A DNA stretch of 64,000 nucleotides from Candidatus Latescibacterota bacterium (GCA_965222605.1 OZ244960.1:3488001-3552000); one strand, 5' to 3'; positions 22,001-30,920 are shown, numbered from the stretch's first letter. Translations and numbers: made by a program. Notes: a model not told the origin generated them from the letters alone.

Positions 22001-22536
22001 ATTATTTGGGCGTGGAAGTGCATGATCGCGCTCGCAATTTGATGGGCGCTTATACGCGCGAGGTGGAGGTGGAGCCATATAAGGGCGGTGAGTTGGGATT
22101 GAGCGATATAGAGATGGCCGGATCGGTAGTGGAGGATGTTGCGGTGAAGGTCAAAGGAGGGCATAAGGTCGTGCCTATGCCATCCAAAACCTATGTGCCG
22201 GGACAACCCGTGACGATTTATTACGAGGTCTATGGGTTGACATTTGACGAATTAGGTCAGACGCGATACCAGATGGATTACAAAATTTCACCTCGAAAAG
22301 GCAAACCTCTGGTCGTGACGATTTTGCGTGCGGTCGGAAAATTGTTGGGCATTGAAGAGAAGAAAGTGGTGACAATTTCTTACGAGCAGGTGGGTACGCG
22401 GGAAACAGAGTACAATTATCTGGAGATTGATGTGAGTGGGTCAGAGGCGGGGCACTATGAGATGGAGGTGACGGTAACGGATTTGAATACGGGTATGAAG
22501 GTAAGCAAAGAGGTGATATTTTTTATTGCTCCTTGA
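19072..22536 (+). CDS. Secreted TPR + GWxTD-domain protein (1154 aa)
   Basis: Signal peptide, N-terminal Ig-like domains, TPRs, FWQRRDPTPATPGNERLVEHYRR...PWDKRGEIYIRYGEP. Confidence 0.9.
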   Translation: MRIATVFLSLIVAVFEIHASETDLPPRGEGSIAFEIDVCSFRYRGREGFEEVTLRFPVAQFAFLRQDSGIYLARYKPSLRVLNDAGEIVQQVEAGSRLTAESLEATVDTDRMVYDMVQVRLPAGRYRGELTLSDLQADRAGLAVFSLDVPTYDPGKIGMSDLYLSSGFNPQGAGESLEMFRKDGRLILPNPARQYRRGNPLYLYFEVYYLGYQSHRVAMQIEDRYGHRLWRDQRSFPGYRGEVKFAEGIPTHELLPGTYTLRVQVAAGRDTLVSARKFEVMGETLVPASGFDDRRAKTAQHLLKWFGGSEVEATYTGLGRADRAAFLYGFWMDRNPIVARSYYNPLLGFGAPPDLDGAMITALGRRKEMARHIDPRYAARQVLPDTVQARDALKVLNALLEEDGNDLMGRAAQGYAYLFASNLPYAEQTFNSALNAGGVLPEVYNGVGISHIGRRRWDEAVAAYDQVLVLRPNWKTAQVNRALARLLGGKQRAEDALKEAIEAYPHHPELLYLLGRVFEREGKVESAEKAYTRQTVVNPMHARARFDLGRVWLKRGQRARATRVWRELMDTRPELRAECLPLLLSVYQRMGETGEAQKVMAEYLRTVDGDMHGLLQDIRLLATVKEVAAYEALPPEQQPIFVRMFWQRRDPTPATPGNERLVEHYRRVLYAMQHFSTGQKPWDKRGEIYIRYGEPAHKSRAGDVRYEMDPDVVRVKERLWMSLTPEAHKEIIARMGRLRTSTRDVQYQGEDAGDLIVSDFESIDYELNPNRTFFGGGADRNDGKYYDDVQDSHRDRDAGMTNIRGFPIFPIDGGTRWEYWIYPDVAGGIEVVFSALDSRGAFDFPDMPQGRVLSTFNQSQWTAKRPDRVMARAVRQQSEIYRPVTDDLAFHFDAIDFRGESPRSRLEVYYGVPLVALIDSERIEGQVERGIALFDSTWTPVFRKVAGLPFAVSDDTEVGSGTLLIDELALNVPPGKYYLGVEVHDRARNLMGAYTREVEVEPYKGGELGLSDIEMAGSVVEDVAVKVKGGHKVVPMPSKTYVPGQPVTIYYEVYGLTFDELGQTRYQMDYKISPRKGKPLVVTILRAVGKLLGIEEKKVVTISYEQVGTRETEYNYLEIDVSGSEAGHYEMEVTVTDLNTGMKVSKEVIFFIAP

Positions 22537-22599
22537 CATCTCTTCTGCTCAATGGTGGCATACATAATTGACAAGTAATGTGAAGCGATGGACAAACGC

Positions 22600-22641
22600 A
22601 AAAAAAAAATAAGCCCCGCAATACGGGGCTTATTTTTTTTT
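22600..22641. terminator. Bidirectional intrinsic terminator between convergent genes
   Basis: A-run-TAAGCCCCG-caata-CGGGGCTTA-T-run; it contains the recombinase stop codon. Confidence 0.85.
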
Positions 22642-23619
22642 ACATCCATATCGCAACCGTGCTACAGCACCAGTGCCAGCGAGTTGAGCGCGTGCATAAT
22701 GGGCAGGCATAGATGTGTCGCGCCATCGCCCCGCTATTTGCATCTCGACGATCGATGCACCCGCTGTTGCAAGGGACTGCGCCGATCCAATACGGAGCGA
22801 GTGCCCTGAGAACCGTCCAGAGATTCCTGTAGCGGCGGTACGCTGTTTTACGATGTTCCTGATTGCGCGGGTTGTCAGTCGCCCAGTTCCCAGATGATCG
22901 CCACGGCGCACGCGGCGAAAGAGGGGGCCATCGTCAATTTGGGCGGCGTTCAGCCAAGCCGTCACTGCCGTTGCTGTTGTCGGTCCAATGTACAGGATGC
23001 TGCTGCGCCCTTCCTGGTCGGTTTTAGACCATCGCACGGTAATGCGGGCACTGCCGTCCTTGACGTGTAAAAAATCTTCGACATCGAGGGCAACGCATTC
23101 AGACACGCGCAGGAGTGCGTCAGACATGACGGCGATGATGGCCGCATCCCGAAGGCCAGCGAGGGTGTGATCACTTTGAGCGACGCGTACCACTCTGTCC
23201 GCGTCATGCCAGCGCAGGCCATCCATTTGCCCCCGTCCGCGGTCTCGTCCCTGGCGTCGTATGCCTGCTAATACACGCTGGGTGGCTGGACCAATGGGAT
23301 CAGCATGGCCCTGGTGTTTCACGCGAAACCGGATTGCGCCCACGATTTGTGTACAGGTAGCTGGGCTGGTTCCTACTTCATACCGCACCGTCAGATATTC
23401 GGCGATGAGTGTATCGCTTTCCGCTCGGTCGTTGCGAAATGTATCCCAGGCATAAAGCGCAGACCGATAAGCTCTAATGGTAGCAGGAGCGAGTGATGCA
23501 CGCGCGAGTTCGGCCGCGGGCATTGAGAGTGTCTGAGCGGTGTGACCTGCCTGCATAGAACATCTGCAGGTGGGCAGGTGCATGGACTGGGATGTGGATG
23601 TTTTAATCATTGTGGCCAT
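22630..23619 (-). CDS. Cre-like tyrosine recombinase (start codon uncertain)
   Basis: LRDAAII...LLRVSE (catalytic R), SKTDQ (K), SGHSLRIG (HxxR), AGRW (W as in Cre), MPAHY (Y). Confidence 0.9.
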   Translation of the reverse strand: MATMIKTSTSQSMHLPTCRCSMQAGHTAQTLSMPAAELARASLAPATIRAYRSALYAWDTFRNDRAESDTLIAEYLTVRYEVGTSPATCTQIVGAIRFRVKHQGHADPIGPATQRVLAGIRRQGRDRGRGQMDGLRWHDADRVVRVAQSDHTLAGLRDAAIIAVMSDALLRVSECVALDVEDFLHVKDGSARITVRWSKTDQEGRSSILYIGPTTATAVTAWLNAAQIDDGPLFRRVRRGDHLGTGRLTTRAIRNIVKQRTAATGISGRFSGHSLRIGSAQSLATAGASIVEMQIAGRWRDTSMPAHYARAQLAGTGAVARLRYGCKKK

Positions 23620-23734
23620 TTTTTTCGGTATTGTGCAAATCAGTGGAGCAGGTGGTTTTTATTAGACGCTTACGCTATCCGATTTAGATTCATCAATTAG
23701 ACACGCGATAGCCTTTTTTTAGACTTGTGACCTG

Positions 23735-23768
23735 TTTATTTCCGATAATCCAACTTATCGGAAATAAA
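23735..23768. other. 34-bp lox-like recombination site (13-8-13)
   Basis: TTTATTTCCGATA-ATCCAACT-TATCGGAAATAAA: perfect 13-bp arms and an asymmetric spacer, about 115 bp upstream of the recombinase ORF. Confidence 0.85.
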
Positions 23769-23976
23769 GGGCAATGAAGTGTTGCGGCTCTATTTGGTAT
23801 TTGACCAGATGAAATAGCCGAAATGCCAAATATCGCAGGATATTGTTGTTTGTACCCTGGCTTCTTTTTTTATCTCGGCAATTTTTTTTAAAATTTTAAT
23901 AGATTAAAATTTAAATTGTTTAAAAATAATATGTTATGAGCGAAATTTACATATCGCATATTTTGGTCTATAACAC

Positions 23977-24005
23977 TTGACAGACTTTGAGGCACATATT
24001 AAATT
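23977..24005 (+). promoter_or_regulatory. sigma70-type promoter of TBDR operon 3
   Basis: TTGACA-N17-TAAATT. Confidence 0.7.
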
Positions 24006-24033
24006 GGTCAATCGTTGGATTATCGGAAATTAT
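24000..24033. other. Second, inverted, partially degenerate lox-like site overlapping the -10/+1 region
   Basis: taaattggtcaat-CGTTGGAT-TATCGGAAATTAT; 24014-24030 is the exact reverse complement of 23738-23754. Confidence 0.65.
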
Positions 24034-24267
24034 AGTTAATAATGAAGAAACCGACATCATAGATCGAAAGGAGGTGGCGCATTTAAGCCTGTTTTTGCAA
24101 TCAGAGGGAGGGAATTAAGAAGGAGGTGATGTTTAAGGGCTTATCGATATTGTTTTTTAGTTGGTAGTTTCTCCTTATCAGATGGAGAAATTAGCTTGTG
24201 GGAATGAGCCAGGTGAGCCTTTCCCGTATCTTTCCCAAAGCCGGGGAAGAAACCAAAGGAGGAGTTT

Positions 24268-27200
24268 ATGTACCGTTTGAGAGCTGGGTTTATAGCCTTG
24301 CTTGCCATTGCTCTGGGGTTTGGGCTGGCGTATCAGGCCGATGCACAGACCACCACGGGTAAAATTGCGGGTCGCATCACAGATGCTGGTGGCGACCCTC
24401 TGCCCGGGGCTAACGTAGTTCTTGTAGGCACCAGAATGGGAGCCACAGCAGATGTCAATGGCGATTACTTTATTATTCAGGTTTCGCCAGGCGTGTACGA
24501 AGTTCAGGCATCGCTTGTGGGATATCACACGGTGAGCAAGACGGATGTGGTGGTGAGTATTGACCGCACATCCCCTGTGAATTTTTCCCTGACAGAATCG
24601 ACCGTTGAATTGAGTGAGATCACGGTTGTGGCTGAGCGTCCGCCGGTTGAGTTGGAAGTTTCTTATGCTCAGACGATTATGAAGGCAAGTGAAGTTCGCG
24701 AAGCACCCACAGGTCCCCGCCTGCGCGACGCGTTTGCCACGCAGGTAGGTGTGGATAGCGATGACTGGGGTTTGACCATTCGCGGCGCAAGTGAAGAAGA
24801 GATGTTGTATACAATGGACGGTGTGGGTATGAAAGACAACCGCAATAACCGTCCGTATTCTTCTTTTAGCAAAACAAATCTGGCAGAAGTTCAGATTTTG
24901 ACAGGTGGCTTTAGTGCTGAATATGGCGATGCGCGCAGTGGCGTTGTCAATATTGTGACCCGTGAGCCTCGTCAGTTTACGATCAGTGCAGATGCGCGTT
25001 ATAATCCCGCTGGTCGCAAGCACTTTGGTCCCGACGTATATAGCTCGGACAATTGGTGGGATATTGGTCGTTTTGAGAGCGATGGCGCTACAGCAGATCG
25101 CAATGGCGATGGTGTGCCTGACTTTAAGGGTTGGACGCAGGAGTTCAGTGATCGCGGCGGTCCGGCAGGCGAATGGACTGCGGGTATTTACGATCTCCCG
25201 ATAACGACTGTTGCTCAAGCCAAAGGGATATGGGCATGGCAGCATCGCAACTTTGAATTAGAAGGGAATAATGGCTTTAATGCCAATGCTGCTGATCGCG
25301 AATCCGATTATCACTACGATGTGACGGTTGGCACACCGGTGATCAGCGATAAATTGTCGGTGATGTTGACCAATCAGCGCGAGCGTACGGCTTATACTTA
25401 CGACTTGTCCAAAACGTCGTATCGCGACAACCTGGCGCAGGCCAAACTGACGTTTACACCAACTGCCACAACAAAACTATCGCTGGGTTATTTGCGTGGT
25501 TGGGCAGATGGTACAAAAACAGGCGACTTTACGGGAACCTTTGTCAGATCGCAGGTGGAAGCCTCACGCCGTTTTGATGATGTTCAGATGTTTGCGCCGG
25601 GGTCTCAAGCCAATCAAGAGACCATTGACCGCAATTATTATACTCTGAATTGGTCGCACACATTGTCACCTAAGACATTTTACAATATCACTGCGCGTTA
25701 TGGCAGAACGGATTGGGAAGCCACATGGCAGAAACCTCAAGCCGTGGGTATTCCCGCGGCAGCGGTTTATCCCGATGGTCGGGTTGAAGAGATTACCGAA
25801 TCCGGCGTTGCATCTGCGCAATCAGCAGGTGCTGTGATTCTGGATGAAGCGCCTGTGGGTTGGAACTATGCCAACCGCCGCGTCGATATTCTGGGTATTT
25901 ACCGTTTGCGCGGTGGCGGTGGTGCCAGCCGTTCAGCGGACTGGTCTTATATCAAAGAGACGGATCTGACTTTTGATATTACCAGCCAAATGACACCGCA
26001 TCATCAGGTCAAAGCCGGTATTCAAGCGCATACGTTTTTCCTGCGTGAATATCGCGGTTATACCTCCACACTGCCAGACCGCCCCGAAGGTTGGGAAAAC
26101 GACAATCCGGCAGATATCGTGGCGACGCAAACAGCCAACTTGCACAATTATTGGGTGAAGACGCCGTGGTATGGTGGTTTCTTCGTGCAAGATCGTATGG
26201 AGTATCGCCAGATCGTAGTCAATGCGGGGCTGAGACTGGATTTTCACCGTCCGGACAAGTGGTTTGATCTGGTAGGACAGCCGCATGCAGAATACCTGGG
26301 ATCGAATGCCGAATTGTTATACGAAAATCGACGCTCGGTTCGCGCGCCGACCAAGTGGGCGTGGAGTCCGCGTTTTGGCGTATCTCACCCAACAACGGCG
26401 ACTTCCAAGCTCTTTTTTAACTACGGTCACTTCTATCAGGTGCCGACGACAGTAGAACTCTACCGTGCGCAGTCCGGTGCGGGTGAGCCATTGGAGAACT
26501 TTGGCAACACATGGGTAGAAATGCCTCAGACCATCGCTTATGAGCTTGGTTTTGAGAAGAGTTTTGAAGGCAAGTATCTGGCTTCGGGCACGGTGTATTT
26601 TAAGGACATCGACAAAGAACTCGAACCGAGTACGAGTTATTATCCCGAAAACAGTACTGGCAGGCGCACGCGGTGGACAACCCAGGGACGGATCAAGGAT
26701 GTGCGCGGTTATGAGCTTGCGTTTAAGAAATCGCGCGGTCAGTTCTTGACGGGTTTTATTTCTTATGATTACCGCCAGGAGCGCAGCAAGCGGATTGGGT
26801 GGGACCGCATCTATGACCAGAATACGGTTTCCACGCCTTCCCGCCTGATTATTGAAGGTAGTGCCAATGCCGCTAATCCACAATTTAAGCCGCGTCCAAT
26901 CTGGAAGTTGGGTTTGAACTTCCGAACGCCGCTGGATTACGGCGCCGAACAGCGCATGTTGAAGGGCGGTTGGGAAGCCAATTTGTTCTTCCGCCGAGAA
27001 GGCGGTTGGTGGATGAATCACAATCCGACTAATGATTCTGCGCTGCAGAATGTGTTGAATGTGCAGTGGACAGATAGCAACATGACAGATCTGCGGATTT
27101 CAAAAGCCTTTGATACCAGGGGCGCGCCGCTGTTGTATTTGGAGATTCACAATATTTTCAATTTCAAGAACTTCAACAATCTGCGCGACTACGATGGCGA

Positions 27201-27411
27201 GGTCTGGGACTATCCAGGCACAAATGACGATGCCAAAGCCGACGCGTATATGGAGCGGCTCGGGTGGACTGTTGATGCCAGCGGCAAACTTCAGGAAGGT
27301 AGCCGTCCGGGTTCCGATGTCGATCTGGACAATTTCCCGGAAACGCGCCGTCCTTATATCGTCTATCTGGACCGTCGAGACATCACGTTTGGTTTGCGAT
27401 TCTCGTTCTGA
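24268..27411 (+). CDS. TonB-dependent receptor
   Basis: Signal peptide, TGGFSAEYGDARSGVVN plug, FVQDRMEY, C-terminal RDITFGLRFSF. Confidence 0.95.
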   Translation: MYRLRAGFIALLAIALGFGLAYQADAQTTTGKIAGRITDAGGDPLPGANVVLVGTRMGATADVNGDYFIIQVSPGVYEVQASLVGYHTVSKTDVVVSIDRTSPVNFSLTESTVELSEITVVAERPPVELEVSYAQTIMKASEVREAPTGPRLRDAFATQVGVDSDDWGLTIRGASEEEMLYTMDGVGMKDNRNNRPYSSFSKTNLAEVQILTGGFSAEYGDARSGVVNIVTREPRQFTISADARYNPAGRKHFGPDVYSSDNWWDIGRFESDGATADRNGDGVPDFKGWTQEFSDRGGPAGEWTAGIYDLPITTVAQAKGIWAWQHRNFELEGNNGFNANAADRESDYHYDVTVGTPVISDKLSVMLTNQRERTAYTYDLSKTSYRDNLAQAKLTFTPTATTKLSLGYLRGWADGTKTGDFTGTFVRSQVEASRRFDDVQMFAPGSQANQETIDRNYYTLNWSHTLSPKTFYNITARYGRTDWEATWQKPQAVGIPAAAVYPDGRVEEITESGVASAQSAGAVILDEAPVGWNYANRRVDILGIYRLRGGGGASRSADWSYIKETDLTFDITSQMTPHHQVKAGIQAHTFFLREYRGYTSTLPDRPEGWENDNPADIVATQTANLHNYWVKTPWYGGFFVQDRMEYRQIVVNAGLRLDFHRPDKWFDLVGQPHAEYLGSNAELLYENRRSVRAPTKWAWSPRFGVSHPTTATSKLFFNYGHFYQVPTTVELYRAQSGAGEPLENFGNTWVEMPQTIAYELGFEKSFEGKYLASGTVYFKDIDKELEPSTSYYPENSTGRRTRWTTQGRIKDVRGYELAFKKSRGQFLTGFISYDYRQERSKRIGWDRIYDQNTVSTPSRLIIEGSANAANPQFKPRPIWKLGLNFRTPLDYGAEQRMLKGGWEANLFFRREGGWWMNHNPTNDSALQNVLNVQWTDSNMTDLRISKAFDTRGAPLLYLEIHNIFNFKNFNNLRDYDGEVWDYPGTNDDAKADAYMERLGWTVDASGKLQEGSRPGSDVDLDNFPETRRPYIVYLDRRDITFGLRFSF

Positions 27412-27424
27412 CCTTTTCATCCCT

Positions 27425-27450
27425 GCCCTCTCCTGTGAGTGGGAGAGGGC
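27425..27450. other. GC-rich intergenic hairpin after the TBDR gene
   Basis: GCCCTCTCC-tgtgagtg-GGAGAGGGC; same position in its operon as 10752-10786. Confidence 0.6.
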
Positions 27451-27501
27451 TAAAGGGGATCGCTGTTTGAATTGTAGATATTTCTCAAGGAGTATAAACT
27501 T

Positions 27502-29619
27502 ATGAAACGTTTTGTATTTGTGCTGATGGCTATGCTGATGGCTGGCAGTGCTTATGCACAGGGTCACGAGATCGGCACCCTGTGGAGCTCGGGTCGTCTG
27601 ATTTGGCCCGGCGGTCTCGAAACAGGTCTTACCGATCCGGATATCGGTTATCGCGTTGGAAATTCGGGTTTTGCCGTGGTAGGGCTATATTCGAAGTTTA
27701 ATGTGCCCGGTTATTACGAAGGCGGCCAACATCTGGTAAATACCACGCAAAGCCCCTGGTGCAATGACCTGCTGGACGACCTCGCTGATTTTTCGTCTTC
27801 GAAGTTGGGGGGCACAGAGACGCGATTGAACAAGCCCAATCCGAAGTTTTTTCGCATCAATCCACCAACGTTGATTCAGGATGGCAAAGAGATATTGAAT
27901 CCCAATTGGCGTTTGTTCCCCGAAGACGACGATGCCGTGCGGTCGGACCTGGGGGCTGATCTTATGATCAGCAGCACGCTTGTAAACTCCGAAGGCTTGC
28001 GCATTGTGCGCGAGACGTATTCGTGGGCAAACCAGGACGCCGACGATATGATCTTTGAAGTTACGACGATTACGTATCCGGAAAATCCGCATGTGGTTGA
28101 TCTCAGAGCAGGCGAGCGCGGCATTGCTGCAAGCCCGGAAACGGCGCAGAAAAACCCGTCTTATGACAATTTCCACGTTGGGTTGAACTACTATTTGCAG
28201 CGCGGTGGTTCAGGTCCTGCTGGTGGCGCGCATATCACTATTAATCCCGAAGATGGAGGTCGCGCTTACGATGCTGGCTTGCTCGCTGGCGGTATATGGG
28301 ATGAGGTGAATTACTGGGATGATGATGAAAAGCTGCTCTATATCCACGATGGCGACGACAGCGATAAGTTGGGGTATCGCCCCGATGGCGATGACCGCGG
28401 CGAACCTGCGCCCGCTACTGGCGATTTGCTCGATGGGGTGCGCGCTGCCAATATCAGTTCGGGTGAGTTTATGGAATCGCACTACAAAGGGCGCGTGTTT
28501 TTGCACGTGGATAAGACGCCGACAAACGATCCCAATGTGTTGAGTGAGAACTGGCTGGAAGACATGTCTGATCCCGAAAATGCACAGCCGCGTCAGGTGC
28601 GCTGGGTGCCGGGTGAAGTGTGGACGAGCACGCGCACAGCTAATCGCAAGACCGTGCATGATTTTTATGTGCAGCCGGGTACAACACGCGATGAACGGAT
28701 TTCAGATTCCGATCCCGACCAGCCAGGGTATGTGACGACAGAGCAGATCTATCAGTGGCTGACGACATTTGGCCCCTGGGACTTGAAGCTCGGTCAAAGC
28801 ATTCACATTGTATCGGCAGTGATTGTCGCTGGTCCGTCTGAAGCAGAGAACAAGCGCGTGGGTAAGGCATGGGCAGATGGCACAATTGGTTTTGTTCAAA
28901 AAGAAGCTTTCCTCGACAGTGGGTTAGATTCGTTGAAGGCGACTGTGGCAGTTGCGCGTCAAGCCTGGGCAAATCGCACGGGCACGATGCCCCGATTGCC
29001 CGCTGCGCCCAATTGGCCTGCTTCGGTCACGCTGACCTCTGGTCCCGATCGCAACGAGTTGAGTTGGGATGCTGTTTCTGGTGCGGTCAAGTATAATGTG
29101 TATCGCTACGCGGGTCGTCATACAGAAGTGCCCGAACTGATTGGATCACCAACGGGCACCACCTTTAACGATGAGACTTCGATTCGCGGTACGAGATATT
29201 ATTATTCCGTGACAGCCGTTGATGCCAATGGCCTGGAGAGCAGTCGGTTTGCCTCGCGCACCGAAGCAGAGGGTGTGAGTCCCTTCCGCGGTCCTGCCAA
29301 TGACATTACGCAGGTTCGCATTGTGCCCAATCCATATCAGGTGCAGGGCGGGCAACTCGACGATGGGGGTTATAACTATCAGGGTCAGCCCCACAAGCTC
29401 CAGTTTGTGAATCTGCCGGGACAGGCTGTTATCCACATTTTCACCATTACCGGTGATCTCGTGACGCGCCTTGACCACACTTCTGGCTCTGGCGATGAGT
29501 CATGGGATTTGATGACTTCGGATAACAACCAGTTTCTGGTCAGTGGGATCTACTTTGCTCATATTGAAGATACGGCAACTGGTGCCAAGCACATCGAACG
29601 CTTTGTCGTGGTCAGGTAA
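27502..29619 (+). CDS. Secreted protein with FN3 domain and T9SS/FlgD-type C-terminal sorting domain
   Basis: Signal peptide; LSWDAV..YNVYR..YYYSVTAVD FN3; VPNPY...QFVNLP...IFTITGDLV...SGIYFAHI...FVVVR. Confidence 0.85.
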   Translation: MKRFVFVLMAMLMAGSAYAQGHEIGTLWSSGRLIWPGGLETGLTDPDIGYRVGNSGFAVVGLYSKFNVPGYYEGGQHLVNTTQSPWCNDLLDDLADFSSSKLGGTETRLNKPNPKFFRINPPTLIQDGKEILNPNWRLFPEDDDAVRSDLGADLMISSTLVNSEGLRIVRETYSWANQDADDMIFEVTTITYPENPHVVDLRAGERGIAASPETAQKNPSYDNFHVGLNYYLQRGGSGPAGGAHITINPEDGGRAYDAGLLAGGIWDEVNYWDDDEKLLYIHDGDDSDKLGYRPDGDDRGEPAPATGDLLDGVRAANISSGEFMESHYKGRVFLHVDKTPTNDPNVLSENWLEDMSDPENAQPRQVRWVPGEVWTSTRTANRKTVHDFYVQPGTTRDERISDSDPDQPGYVTTEQIYQWLTTFGPWDLKLGQSIHIVSAVIVAGPSEAENKRVGKAWADGTIGFVQKEAFLDSGLDSLKATVAVARQAWANRTGTMPRLPAAPNWPASVTLTSGPDRNELSWDAVSGAVKYNVYRYAGRHTEVPELIGSPTGTTFNDETSIRGTRYYYSVTAVDANGLESSRFASRTEAEGVSPFRGPANDITQVRIVPNPYQVQGGQLDDGGYNYQGQPHKLQFVNLPGQAVIHIFTITGDLVTRLDHTSGSGDESWDLMTSDNNQFLVSGIYFAHIEDTATGAKHIERFVVVR

Positions 29620-29677
29620 GAGAGCTTCCAGCAGTCAGCAGTTAGAGTTGACTTGCTTTTGATCAAGGAGATAAGTT

Positions 29678-30760
29678 GTGAAATACACAAAACTGGCCCT
29701 CATGATGCTCGCGCTGTCTTTGGGGCTTCTGGCCACAACAGCACAAGCGCAGCTGCGTGTACCAGATAAAATTTTGCCAGAGAATCACGAAGAGAATAAT
29801 CCCGTATTTATCAAAGTTGCTCAGGCTGGCTTTACATTTTTGAAGCTGCCGACCAATGCGCGTTCAGCAGCCCTTGCAGGTTCGGGTACAGGTATAATCG
29901 GTTCTGCGTCTGGCGTGTTTACCAATCCTGCAACGCTGGCGTTTTTCGATGGTCGTGAGGCATTTTTTACTTATGTTTCATGGATTGCCGATACCAAAAG
30001 CCAGGTCGCTGGTGCTGCTTTCAATATTCCAGGCCGCGGTACCTTTGGTGTGGGATTTGTGACTTATGATGCCGGTACGTTCAATGGCACAGCCATTGAT
30101 CCAAACCCCGCAGGTGCGGGGTTTACAGAGACGGGGACGTTCACAACGTCTAACTACGCGCTCTCTGCGGCTTATGGCATGAAGATTACCGATCGTTTTT
30201 CGGTGGGTGCCAATGTGAAGATTGCCAGTCAAAATTTGGGCACTGGCAGTGTGTTGATCGGTGGTAATCGCACAACTGTCGATAATTCCAAGACAGCATT
30301 TGCTGTGGATCTGGGTACGTATTTCAATACGGGCTTCCGCAATACGATTCTGGCGATGACGGTGCAAAACTACAGCTTTGAACAAACCTATCAGCGCGAG
30401 GCATTTGAGTTGCCGCGCAATATTCGTTTGGGGCTGCTGGTGGATGTGTTGTCCCTGTCGGGCAGTATCCCGGTTCCCCATCACCTGGATCTGGCATTGG
30501 ATGTGACGAATCCCGTGGATTTTGACGAGCAGGTCCTGGTTGGTCTGGAATACACATTTCAAGCCGCCGGTAGTCCGATTGGCTTTTCTGGTCGTGCGGG
30601 TTATAAGACCAATCACGATACAGAGAGCTATGCCTTTGGCGGTGGTCTGAAGTATTTGACGGAAACCGGCAGGGGTGTTAAGCTCGATTATGCCTTTAAG
30701 GCATTTGACAGCAATTTCTTCTCTTCTGTACATGTGATTTCAGGGGCTATTGATTTTTAG
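29678..30760 (+). CDS. PorV/PorQ-family outer-membrane barrel
   Basis: FTFLKLPTNARSAALAG..VFTNPA; GTG start with AAGGAG RBS; C-terminal Phe. Confidence 0.85.
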   Translation: MKYTKLALMMLALSLGLLATTAQAQLRVPDKILPENHEENNPVFIKVAQAGFTFLKLPTNARSAALAGSGTGIIGSASGVFTNPATLAFFDGREAFFTYVSWIADTKSQVAGAAFNIPGRGTFGVGFVTYDAGTFNGTAIDPNPAGAGFTETGTFTTSNYALSAAYGMKITDRFSVGANVKIASQNLGTGSVLIGGNRTTVDNSKTAFAVDLGTYFNTGFRNTILAMTVQNYSFEQTYQREAFELPRNIRLGLLVDVLSLSGSIPVPHHLDLALDVTNPVDFDEQVLVGLEYTFQAAGSPIGFSGRAGYKTNHDTESYAFGGGLKYLTETGRGVKLDYAFKAFDSNFFSSVHVISGAIDF

Positions 30761-30804
30761 TCGCTGAAATACAGGTTTGAAGATTAGAACCCCGATGCTA
30801 AAAT

Positions 30805-30842
30805 AAACGGCGGAGAGACGCAATGTCCTTCCGCCGTTTTTT
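30805..30842 (+). terminator. Intrinsic terminator after porV-like gene
   Basis: AAACGGCGGA...TCCGCCGTTTTTT. Confidence 0.75.
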
Positions 30843-30920
30843 CATGGCTTGACAGGTATGCGGGTAAGGGGTATTGTATCTGCCTTTGCTTTACGCCGGG
30901 GTTTTTCAGGAGAGGGATGT

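Noticed and set aside
22630-23619. Prophage or ICE integrase marking an island boundary
   Set aside because: No tRNA, att direct repeat, phage or conjugation genes. The flanks on both sides are the same TBDR/GWxTD gene families.
24066-24130. 16S rRNA 3'-end fragment on the minus strand
   Set aside because: The match is limited to 11 nt of anti-SD complement, with no further rRNA sequence.
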